In this document: one piece after another, positions 12,561-23,830 of the stretch
How the letters are laid out: each line of letters begins with the position of its first letter
Position numbering within the stretch: the first letter of the stretch is position 1
Assembly: GCF_001447785.1 (NCBI RefSeq)
Contig: NW_015169175.1
Coordinates: 845,838-909,837, forward strand
Length of the DNA stretch: 64,000 nucleotides
Source of the DNA: Gekko japonicus
Lineage: Eukaryota
Direction: 5' to 3'
Notes under the pieces: model-generated
The model's database searches: none
Told to the model about the DNA's origin: nothing
The model's input: the letters and a program-made list of their open reading frames with translations, nothing else
Program-made: the position numbers and the translations under genes

Positions 12561-14123
12561 ACTAACAGTGTGAATGCTTTATTTAATATTGCCTTTTCTG
12601 TAACCTCATATGGAAATAAATGTTATTAGTCTTTAAGGTGCCACTGGAGTTTTATTATTTATTTCTTCAGTGAGTTATATTGTTGATATATATACACCTA
12701 AATACCCAAAAGAATATTACTGCCAGGCACCTTGCGTCCTTGAAGAAAGAGAGGCTATAAATATTTAATTAATAAAAGTGTTACTTCTTCTATTCCTACC
12801 CATAAGTCACTTGAGGATTTAAAATGGCTAATGTTCAGCCAGAGGTAGTCACCTTGGAGAGAAAGGTGGCAGTCTTTTGAACACTTTCCCAGGGGTAAGC
12901 CTCATTGAATAAACTAGGGCTTACTACTGTGTAGACCTGCTTTGGCTTGCTCCTTCATGTAGTGAGGATTCTCTGTGTTGCTTTCATCACCATGCAGAGG
13001 TATGTGCTTTGGTGATTGAGGCATCCTCAAGTGGAAGTTTTAAAGGCTCTCCAAAAGCCCCTTCAGTGGTGCAGCAGGAAAAACAAATGTTGGAAAAATG
13101 GCACCCACATGGGGCTCTCAGTGGGAAAATGATGACAATGTGGGCAGGACCTTTTCAGAGCAGGAAAATGTGCACCATTCCTTCCAGATGGCATGCTAAT
13201 GTGCTTGAACTATGTTCTTTCTAAAAAGGTTGGAATAAGGCAGATTTGGAAAACATACTCAGGGGAAAACCTGGAAACAGGATGATTCAATCATGATGTT
13301 GGGTGAAAAGTACTTTAAAAAAAAAAAAAAACACTCCACTTCTGTACTCCCTACCAAAGAAGACTTTTCGGCACGTCTGCCAGAGGTCTGGAATAAGGTC
13401 TGGAATGTAATACAGCTGTTATTTGTGAAAGGCTTGACAGATGGGCTATCAACATATGGCTGTGTCAAGAAAGCAGAACTCAAGAAACCAGACCCTTCAA
13501 GCGATGTCATATATGTATTGTAATGCTTCTATTATTTCTTTCATAAATGCTGAAATTCTGATGATGACTTCTTCAGTAAATGAGAATCTGCTGTATAAGT
13601 AGGAAATGGTGGTGCGGATGCAGCCTGGCCAGCACAAAGAAACTGCAGGAAAAATGGATATACCTGGGCTCTTAGAAATGGCAGATCCCTGTTTATCCAT
13701 CCACAGGTTTCCAGGATGTGCACAAAAATTGTTTCAGGTATTGACAATTGGAAGATGCACAGATGCAAAACCAAGAACTTGTGAGAACATAGGTTAAGGA
13801 TGATTATATTTGTATGCTTGTTCCCCGCCCCCCATGCATTGCAAAGCTAGTTGATTTGGATTCAGATTTGAGCCACATTCTGAGATACCTGGTATACTTG
13901 CCAGCAATGAAACATGCACAAAAAATGTTCCTCCATCCAAAAGAGAATAAATCAATTCCATTTGTTGTCGAAGGCTGGCAAAACCTCAGGTCCTACAGTG
14001 CCAAGACCACGGCCATACAGCCCGGAAAAATCTACAACGAATCAATTCCATTATCTCTTTCTCATGCAACTACACATTGCATCTAGTTTTGTGATATTTG
14101 TATTGACTGATATTTTATATAAT

Positions 14124-14326
14124 GCCCTGACCTGGATGGCCCAGGCTAACCAGCTCTTGGAAGCTAATCAGGGTTGGCTCTGGTGAGTACTTGAATGGGA
14201 GACCACCAGCGAAGTCCAAGGTTGCTACACAGAGGCAGGCAATGACAAATCACCTTTGTTTGTCTCAGCTTGAAAACCCTACAGGGTTGCCATAAGTCAT
14301 GCAACTTGACAGCAGGTTCTACCACC
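14124..14326 (+). mobile_element. 5S rRNA-derived SINE with RTE-like tail
   Basis: GGAAGCTAA.CAGGG...GTACTTG.ATGGGAGACC 5S core; tail GGGTTGCCATAAGTC..ACTTGAC; 12-bp TSD ATTTTATATAAT at 14112-14123 and 14327-14338. Confidence 0.88.
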
Positions 14327-14959
14327 ATTTTATATAATACAGCTAGGTTGTGATTCAAGGGAGAAAATTGGAGGCAGGGAGAGGGACTGTTTCCCCTATT
14401 TTGCCAATGGAAATGTTCTTCTCTGGAAGCTGAATTTGGAGCCAATGGGGAAAACATCTTGTTCTCTTACATCTTATTGTGAGAGAAACAGCCATTAAAA
14501 TGTACTGACTGGAATTCCCTTCCCCATTTTGGGTTTCTATTCTACCCTAGTAACCAGGAGAATGAAAAGTTAGTGCCATCCTAAAAAGAGTTACACCCAT
14601 CTAAGACCATTGACTTCAACAGATTTAGAAGAGATAACTCTTTTTAGGATGGGGCCAATGAAAGTCTGGTTGGCTGGCAACCGAGTCATAGAGATGGTAT
14701 GACATGCAGTGTAGGAAAAGGGTGGTATTTCAAGAAGAAGAATGACCGTGGTATTTCAGTGAATGTCTGCTTAGAAAGCTGACTTCGATCGCCAGCGTCT
14801 ATCTGGTACCATACATCTAATACATTGTGAGCAATCAGACCGACGTACTGACTTACTTGCCAGTTACCCCTCTCTCCCCCCGTCAGATTTTGGGTGTGAA
14901 TGGCGGTGACCTGAGGGATGAGGAGGAGCTTGCATCACACATGCTGACACCCCCATGAC

Positions 14960-16430
14960 AGAGAAGGGGTCAGCAGCCGTGCAGCCAGGGCGGGGCGTCA
15001 GCGGTGGGATGCGGACAGGTCCCACCCGGAGGCTGCCTTTGCAGTGGCAGTATTTGGACTCCAGGGGTCACTTTCCGTTCTGAGCAACAACGTCCGCACA
15101 GCCTGACATGGCCCCGTCGGCTTTCCCCACGTGACTGTCTCTCCTCTTCAGGGGAGGGAGTAGATTACCGAAGACTACGATTCCCAGAAGCTTCTGCTCC
15201 CCCCTTCCCTTCCCTCGGCCGCCGACTCCCTCCTCTCCCGGTCCGGCGCACGCGCCAAGCCGCCAAAACGGCCGCCGCCTCCGCGTGACGCCCTGCCGGC
15301 CAATCGCTTTCGAACCTGATTTGTTACCCGCCCTCTGCTTTTTTACCTCTCCCCTCCCCCTCCGCACTTGTGCGATCAGAGCGATCTAAGATGGCGACGG
15401 TGGAACCGGTGAGTGTCCTCATTCCCGCTCCCCTTTTTCCTCCATTTCGCCTGCCGCCGAGATGGGGCGGGGGGCGGCAAGAAGAGCGGGGAGGCTCGAT
15501 GCCCCTGAGGGAAACGGGGCGTGGGCAGGAGAAAAATCCCCAGAGGGGGGGAGAGAGAGACGGCCTTGGCAAGTGGTGGTTGGAAAGGAGGGGGGCGGCG
15601 GCGGCGGCCTGGGAATGTGGCTGTGTGGCGCGCGTGTACGGAGAGCGAAAGGCGCCGGGCGTGTGCCGCGGAGGGGCGACTGAGGGGAAGGCAGGCAGGC
15701 AGGGCGGGGCATCCGGGCGGGTTCCGAGCGGGGAGAGGGCGAGCGGCCGGCCGGCGATTGTGCCGTCACCGCCTGAGCGGGGGGCCGCGGGCGGCAGGGG
15801 CGGCAGGGAAGGGGGATCGCGGGACGAAGCGGGGAAGGGGGATCGCGGGAAGAGGACCTGGGTGGGTGGGAGAGAAGGAGCGCCCGAATAAGCCCGGGTG
15901 GGGGGAGAGGGCAGGACTTCTTCCCCTGCCACAGTCTCCATTGTGCCGGCCTGCGCTCCGACAGGCCGGATCGGCTCGAGGGCTTCTCGCCGCTCAGCCG
16001 CTGGCGCCTCCCTCCCCACTTCGCTCGCACGCGCCTGCCTTCGCCCGGCCGGAATCGCCGGCAGCTTCGCCTCCTCTTCCTCCGCCCCGGCCCGTCTTGG
16101 CTCCCCCTCCGCTCGGCCGGGCTGCGCAGGAGGTGCCCCACCACCCCCGGCCTGCTCTCGCTCGGCCCTCTCCGCCCCTGAGGCACGGGCCGGGTCGCTT
16201 GGCTTGAGGTGGTTCCCCGGGTTAGCTTGCGCAAATTGCAGGCTTCTCGCGTGTTTGTCAGAGCGGGTGGCCGTAGGAAGAAGAGCCGGCGAGGATGAAC
16301 CTTCCCTTAGATTCCGATTTGATGATGCCACGGGCTTTTTCGGGGGCAGCGAAGGACACGCGATTGGCTCTAATTTAGAGCCGGCTCTTTCAGTCGCTTT
16401 CACGCGAAGACAAAGGCTTTTCACGCTAGC
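14960..16430. promoter_or_regulatory. CpG island / TATA-less promoter of EIF4E
   Basis: GC/CpG-rich; E-box CACGTG 15128-15133; ACTACGATTCCCAGAAGC 15174-15191; CCAAT 15300-15304; TTACCCGCCCT 15324-15334. Confidence 0.88.
15391..15408 (+). CDS. EIF4E: eIF4E coding exon 1 (MATVEP)
   Basis: CTAAGATGGCGACGGTGGAACCG|GTGAGT; 18 nt. Confidence 0.95.
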
Positions 16431-18817
16431 CACAGTTGTGCTTTTTTCCCCCCTCTTCAGGCTAAAGGGTCGTCTGAATCATTCTCCACAAAACAAGATT
16501 TCCCTTGACACTGGCCAGCATTCCCAACGTGGGCTGAGTGTTGGTGTGCATAACCAGAGGTTTTGTGGGAGTAGTGAAGGGTTATGACAACTTTGTCCAC
16601 CAGGACCATGTTGAAATCTGTGGAATGAGAACAAACTTTGGCTTTATGCCAGGTGGTCCTGTAAATTGGCTCTGACACAGCATAGGCAGTGGCTAGTTTT
16701 AACTCCAGACTAGGAATAGAAGCACTTCATTATATCTACCAAAGGACCATGGGTTGTTGGAGTGTAACAACTGTTCAGTATGAATCTGTGCAGGAAAATG
16801 CCACTTTCTATTTGCTTCACACTTTTCAAATATAGATGTAGTTTGAAAATGTATTATTTTTCTTAGCCCTCAGTCACATTTCAGTGTAGTATAAATTGTT
16901 TCTAGGGAACAGAATAGCTATGGAACCATGCATAGGTTTTCCCAATCGTAGTCTTAAATGCTCTGTCTGTTTTGACAGCTCCTTTCCTGACTGTTCCCAG
17001 TGTTAAGAAGCCCCTTCTTTTTCACACTTTAACCAGCTTCAAATCAAGTGTAGGTGTGTATGTAGGGGGTTTGTTGTTTTAGAATACTAGATTTTACAGG
17101 CTGTTAGTCACCATGATTGGAAATCTTTCTGGGCCAAGTAGTGTAATGGTAAGTATTCAGGTTTTTTAGGATTTGCATCAAATACAGCGTAACATAACTT
17201 GTTTCCTTGAGACTGAGAGAGTACTTTGAATACCAGATTCATCCATTAGAATATGCATGTGCTGAACACCTGAAAGGTGTTGGGAGAAGGTTAGAAAATG
17301 TGTCCGGTACTTCTAAGATAAACCAACTTCAGATGACAGTGGTTATTTTAAAAGTAACTTTCCCCCTTCAGGTACTTAATACCAGTATACATTTTTAAGT
17401 TCAGTGAGTTAAAGTTGTTTTTTAGCAGTTTGTTCTGGAAGTTTCCTTGCCATACAACAGGGGTAGGTATGACGTGTTGACTTCAGTTTCTTGATGTTCA
17501 ACTATTGTGTGTCAACTCTATTTTCAGCACTAGTTGCTACATTGGCATCTGAGTGATGCCAAGTTGCGTGGCTGATGAGTTTCTGATGTGGATTGTTCAA
17601 AGAAGTTCTTAAGGAACAATATGATGGGCAGGTCAGAGCTGTTCATTATAACAAAGTATGTAGGTGATAAAACTGAAAGTTCCATGTGTCATCAGTCCCT
17701 TTGGTCATTTCATATTTACTTTCTGCTTAGCATTTTTGAATTATCTTTTAGAAGACTGATGCTTAACTAATAGTGCTGAATTGTGAGGTAACCTATTGTG
17801 GAAAGCTAAAAGTAGGTTTTCATTATTAGGTTTGTTTATCTTAAAACATCTTATAACTTAAAATTTTTGACCTAGACGTGCAGCTGTCTCTTTGGGGCTG
17901 GGATGGTGCTGTGTTTTATTTTCCCCCAAAGCACTTGGTGGAATGATAGAAAAGTAAGGTAGCTGTTCTCTTGTTCCTTGGGAGTGTATAGGATCTTACT
18001 GAAATCTGTAATGAGTGGCTTTGCACAGTCTCATACCATATGCACTGGAACAGCATAGAAAGAATTAACTTGCCCTAAAGCTTAATTATAAACTAGTGGT
18101 GACTTTGTATTTCAGTATTGGAATTCATGAGTTGCATCTTATGATACTCTGTTGAAGAAATGGGAAGAAGGTCTTGCCTGATAAGCCTAGTCATTCAGTT
18201 CCTCAACCTGCATGGGTTCTTGTATGCAAAAATCTGCCAACACTTGGCAGTGCCACTTCAGGTTACACAGGGGGTGCTGGGGAAAGATCCACTTATGCTA
18301 GAAGAATGTTCATAGGATTCTCATCTTGATTCCTGGCAAGGCCTGTGAAATGGCAGAATTAATCATATCAAGGTGTATTTTAATTTGAAAGAAACACAGC
18401 TTTTGTTTCCAGCTTTGTTTCTGTTTGGATGTTGATGACAAACCTAGTTGTGCATTAGACCTGTTGCAATACATCTTGTCCTTTCACCCTTGAGAAGTGT
18501 TTCTTTTGGGGGAGAGATGTTTTGCTGGATTGATACATATTCTGTGACACATAGAAGGCAAGAGATCCCTTGCTCAGGAGATCTCTCATCTGCACAGTCC
18601 TCCAATAATCTAAGCAACCTCTCTTGCAGTTCACATGGAGCCATTCTAATGCTGAATGCTACAGGAATACTAGTAATATTGATATTTCCTTGCTATTAAG
18701 AGCCATAAGTATTTATGATTTTGTATCTTGACACCAAACCTTGCTAAACAAAATGTGTTTACTGCACTATGTCAGGGTTGTAAAGCTGCAAGTTAAATAC
18801 TTCCTTTGTTTGTATAG

Positions 18818-18924
18818 GAAACCACTTCTAACCCTCAGACTTCAGAAGAAGAAAAAACTGAGACACCAGCAAGTCAGGAGGTAGTCAGCCCTGAACCATA
18901 CATCAAGCATCCATTACAAAACAG
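18818..18924 (+). CDS. EIF4E: eIF4E coding exon 2
   Basis: TAG|ETTSNPQTSEEEKTETPASQEVVSPEPYIKHPLQN(R)|GTGAGG; 107 nt. Confidence 0.96.
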
Positions 18925-20537
18925 GTGAGGCGTGCTTCTTTTGACCACTATAATAGTATGTCACAAGAGGGTTGTGCTAAATTAGTAAATTGTTCAGAAT
19001 GGAAGTATGTGTTACAGTTTTTGTGTGAAAATGATTCCCCAAAGTAAATGCTGAAACGAAGAATAAAAGTGTTTCACAGCCACAGTCAGATTAGTTAGTC
19101 TGTTAAAGTAATTTAGAAATAGGCATTACACACAGGGGTTGGTGTAATTTCAGGTGAATCAGACATAGTAATCTTTGGATCTGAAACACTGAGATTCTTC
19201 TTCTGCCTAGCCAGACCACATTGTAAAGCATACTCATTTTGTAGGTGAGAACTGACTTGCATTGCATCTTCATTTGTTATCTTCTTTCATTCTAATGCAG
19301 ATATGGTATCATTAGGTTGGCATTTTGAATAGTTACATTGTCGCAGGATGCAGTTCTTTTTCAAACAGGTGGAATTTGTTCCACTAGCATTCTGTGCTGA
19401 CTAACAGCCATTCTGCATCATACAGTGCCTAGTATGCTCTGCCTTTCCTGAAAGGTTTCAGTGGATCTTGGATTCTTCCTTTTCTTGATGAACCATAAAA
19501 TTCTTATGGCTGCATTTAGTAGTATCACTGCTGTTTCTGGTTTGGGAACAAGTATGTGTGGCCTTGAGTTAAATTTTGGACAGTGAGGTAAAGTTCTGCA
19601 TGAAGTTAGGACATCGTTAAAGAATTTAAACTATACTTCAGTGATTAAGAAAATGGTCAGAAGTTATCTATTTGCATTTGTCTTACTTCAAACCAGATAG
19701 GGTTTACATAAAAACCTGGCTGATCAGCCAAAAAGTCCAGCTAATCCAGTGCTCTGTTTTCAAGAGTGGATAGCCAAACACTTTCAGAAAGCCTACAAGG
19801 GGAACATGAGGTATTAGTTCTCTCCTGTCGTCCTGTCCACCCAGCATTTGGAATGTGATACTAAGCTGCTTGTCAACATTGTATCACTTATATGTGAACC
19901 CACAAAATACCGTTCTGGCAGTCTTGTACACAGCTTCTTCGAACATATGAAAAGCCCCGCTGGATCAGACCTATGGTCCATCTAGTCTAGCATCTTGTCT
20001 AACAGAGTGGCCAACCAGTACCTCTGGATGGCCAACAATAGGATGTAGAGGCTGAGCCTTCCACGGAAAATAAAATATCTTGATAGTGTAAAATGTATAT
20101 CTCTTGAGAATGAAACATTTTTTACAATTTTAGCTGCATTAATTTATAATTATCTCATAGCAAAGCTTTTAAGTAAATGTACGAAAGTGGCACCACAGTT
20201 TATCACACTGGACTAAACATCTTTCTGCCTGCACTATTTTTTTTAGGAAATAAGCTGCTAGTAGTATCTCTGCAGTGCTGTTTTAGTTCAAGGTACAGCC
20301 TGCCAATATCACTTTCATCCTTTTTTGTGCCAAAATTTCTTCACTGTTGAAGTCTACTGAATTTTTTAAAGAGTTTGTAAGTGGTACTGCAACTTGAAAT
20401 CCCACTGCTGATTTGGAGTGGAAGGTTCTCATTGTCAAAACAACTTATCTCCATCAAATCTCATTTAATTTCTAAATTAAACATATATCCCAGGTAGTCT
20501 CAGATCACTGTGCCCTTAAGTAAGCATCAATTCTGGT

Positions 20538-20742
20538 TAATCCAGGTGGGTAGCCGTGTTGGTCTGAAGCAGAAGAACAAAGTTTGAGTCCAGTGGCACC
20601 TTTAAGACCAACAAAGTTTTATTTAAGGTATGAGCTTTCCTGTGCACACACATATCTGAGGAAGTGTGCATGCACACGAAAGCTCCTACCTTGAATAAAA
20701 CTTTATTGGTCTTAAAGGTGCCACTGGACTCAAACTTTGTCC
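20538..20742. mobile_element. Penelope-type palindromic pLTR remnant with minimal hammerhead core
   Basis: Long inverted arms AAAGTTTGAGTCCAGTGGCACCTTTAAGACCAA / TTGGTCTTAAAGGTGCCACTGGACTCAAACTTT; CTGAGGA-AGTGTGCATGCACAC-GAAAGCTC at 20656-20685; related copy with the centre deleted at ~62518-62632. Confidence 0.7.
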
Positions 20743-20895
20743 TGTCAGTTTTGGTTATCCTACTATTTGGGTAGCTCATCTGTTTTGTGGGTATAAAGAA
20801 GTTGCACTGAGTTTTCAAGGGTTTTTAAAGTGAGAACAATGCAGGGAATATAGATGAAATAATTGTATTGATATTAAAAGTGGCTATGACAGTTG

Positions 20896-21246
20896 GAGCT
20901 GCAGTGGCTCAAGTGGTTAAGACACTGCACTGCAGGCTGTGGAAGGTCAGTAGTTCAGCGGTTCAAGACCCGGGTGCCGCAAGACAGGGTGAGCTCCTGT
21001 CTCTAGTTCCAGCTCCTGCCAACCTAGCAGTTCGAAAGCAAGAAATTGCAAGTAGATAAATAGGTACCACTTCGGTGGGAAGGTAACAGCGTTCCGTGCG
21101 CCTTAGTGTTTAGTCATGCCGGCCACATGACCACGGAAACGTCTTCGGACAGCGCTGGCTCTTCGGCTTGGAAACGGAGATGAGCACCGCAACCCTAGAG
21201 TCGGATTCGACTGGCTTTCGAGCAAGGGAACCTTTACCTTTACCTT
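20896..21246 (+). mobile_element. Sauria-type SINE, full length, in EIF4E intron 2
   Basis: A box TGGCTCAAGTGG, B box GGTTCAAGACC, (ACCTTT)n tail; 11-bp TSD TATGACAGTTG at 20885-20895 and 21247-21257. Confidence 0.93.
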
Positions 21247-22368
21247 TATGACAGTTGTGCGATTCTTAACCTGGTAAAATGTATAGTTGTACATAAGTTG
21301 TTCACTTGCATTCAGAAAGAGTGGGGAAATACTGGAACCTGCTTCTTGGAAAGTTCTGCCAGAGTACTGTCTTGATGCAATGAAGCAAGTCATGTTTTAA
21401 AAGCGAAGGTCTTGCTTATCAGCTGTTTGGGGATGTGGGGCATGATCTGAATACAGCTTGCCAAACAACTGATTGGCAGGTGTGTTGTTTTTTTTTTTTA
21501 AACCCTCTCTGCTCACAGCCCAGGCTACTGGATTGAATAAGTAGATTACATGCATATCTAGTTGTGTACAAATAATTCCTCATCCATATAGCAATATGTG
21601 GTAGAAGACTCTTTTCCTTCCCTCAGTGCACCTGGCTTGATCAGGGCATTGAGAACAAGTGGCGCAAAACAGTCTTCAGTTATATTTCTCTGGACTTTTT
21701 CTAAAAGGAAATTGAATGTTGGTAAAATGGTATTTATAATGTGGGTATCTTAAGTAAGTGGTCATTATATCTATATATAAATACTGGGAATTGGGAGTTT
21801 TCTTCCTTTGCTTGTTACTGTTAGCATCCTCCAGAGCGATTCTGAGTGAAGTGAACTCTCCTCTAAGGCCACTGAGTTCAGTGACAGGAGTAGCTCTTCA
21901 GTTATGTATTCAAGCATTTTTTTAGATTGTTTTTCCCGCCTAATGTAGCCAGAGTGCCTTGCAGAAAAGAGAAAAAAGTTCAAATTACAAAAACAGACAA
22001 AAAGGCCAACTTTGGCTGATACTGGTCCACCAAACTGCCTACTGCAGGTCCCAGGATGCAAGCCTTGGGCTTAGGAGCCCTTTGGCTCACACCTCAGGCA
22101 CTGCCCAGGCTAAATACCTGCAGGAAGAAGGTCAGCCTAGAAGGAATTGAGCTGTTCCCACCAGCCAACGGAACCTTCCCCTTCTTTAGCTGCCTGGGGA
22201 TTGCGCTCTTAGTAATGTGCCCAGATTTGCAATGTGAACTGAAAATTAAATCTGTCATGTTCTCTGCTGCCTTAATGTGTAATTTTGCTCCCCATTCTTC
22301 TGTGCACTGTGGTCAGACTGGATTTTTCTTTATTCCTCAAGTGTGTGCAATATATCGTTTATTTTCAG

Positions 22369-22464
22369 GTGGGCGCTCTGGTTCTTTAAAAATGACAAAA
22401 GTAAAACCTGGCAAGCAAATCTTCGTCTGATCTCAAAATTTGATACTGTGGAAGATTTTTGGGC
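22369..22464 (+). CDS. EIF4E: eIF4E coding exon 3
   Basis: CAG|(R)WALWFFKNDKSKTWQANLRLISKFDTVEDFW(A)|GTAAGT; 96 nt; contains the W43, W56 and W73 equivalents (class I eIF4E). Confidence 0.97.
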
Positions 22465-23066
22465 GTAAGTCAAGTTTTCAGAGCTAATCTTACTAATTCA
22501 TATAGTAGACCTTTTACATTCATCATTTAGATTTTTATCTTGCTCCTCCTCGTCCAGGGAGCTCTGCACAGTGCACTTGGTCCCCCAACTCTCCATTTGA
22601 TTTTCACAACAACCCAGTGAGGTAGTTCAGGCTCGATAATAGTAACACCGAAGGTTACCAAAGGAGCTTCTTAGCAGAATGGGGATTTGAAATTCTTATT
22701 TTTAAAAAGGCCTGGGGGGGTGAAACTTGTCACTGAAAGTAGTTGATTAAGAAACTAGATTTGTAGTACAATCTCAGCTTCCACTTGCAATCAGCTTTGG
22801 TAGCTGTGCAGTCAGGTGTTGGGGTGTATTATGAACGATGCTATTAAGTACAGGATAATGGAAATGTTTACTGGATTGCCTTATGCTACAAGAATAAAAG
22901 GCTTAATAAGAATAGCATTTGTTCAGAAGTTATTTTTAAAAATCTCAAATTATGATGCTGGCTGGATTTTTCATGTTTTTGTATGTTTCAGGCTTTTAAT
23001 TATAGGTGTAATAAGCAATACTTGTGAACTTCATTGTCTTAATTGTGGTTTGTTTTTCCGAAATAG

Positions 23067-23130
23067 ATTATACAACCATATCCAGCTCTCTAGTAACTTA
23101 ATGCCTGGTTGTGACTACTCACTTTTTAAG
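23067..23130 (+). CDS. EIF4E: eIF4E coding exon 4
   Basis: TAG|LYNHIQLSSNLMPGCDYSLFK|GTATGC; 64 nt. Confidence 0.97.
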
Positions 23131-23716
23131 GTATGCAGAAAACTGTATTTTGGTCAGGTATAGTCTGTTAGTTCATAAGAAAAGAGCTTTGTTTTTATAC
23201 TCTCCCGTCTGAAAACATCTCTAGTTTGAGTCCTCAGAATTCTGCCTTCACCAAGACGAACATCATGCTGCAGAATTACTGCACAGGTGTAACGAGTAAA
23301 AAATTATAGCCTGGACTGGACCTGAAATTGATAAAAGTAGAGGTCAAACGTGAGAGACTCACTGGCCGCTCGAGTACAGGGTGTTGCTAGTCCTCTTAAG
23401 TTTGCATGATGTGTTGCCACACTGTCTGTTCTTTGTGGTAGTACTATCCATGAAATACATAAACAGATGCTGTAGTTAGTCCCCCAGAATTCTCTGGCAT
23501 TGGGAAAGGTTTTTCCATAATTCCTTTGTGTGTTTTTATTTGGAAGAAAGCAGTCCATGGTACATGTGAGTAATGTCGTAATATCATGAGGTGGATGCAA
23601 AATAGCATTTGTAAAACAGAGTGTTATTTGGGTTACGTGTGAGATTGATTTTGTTTGTTTGGTAATGTTTTTGTTTGATGTTTTTGATATGTTTGATATT
23701 GAAACTACATTTTTAG

Positions 23717-23830
23717 GATGGTATTGAGCCCATGTGGGAAGATGAGAAGAATAAACGAGGAGGACGATGGCTAATTACATTAAACAAACAGCAGAGGCGA
23801 AGTGACCTCGATCGCTTCTGGCTAGAGACA
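23717..23830 (+). CDS. EIF4E: eIF4E coding exon 5
   Basis: TAG|DGIEPMWEDEKNKRGGRWLITLNKQQRRSDLDRFWLET|GTAAGT; 114 nt; cap-binding W102/E103. Confidence 0.97.

Noticed and set aside
15004-16587. Long ORFs up to 369 aa over the EIF4E promoter and intron 1
   Set aside because: Low-complexity P/G/R/A translations in all frames, typical CpG-island artefact
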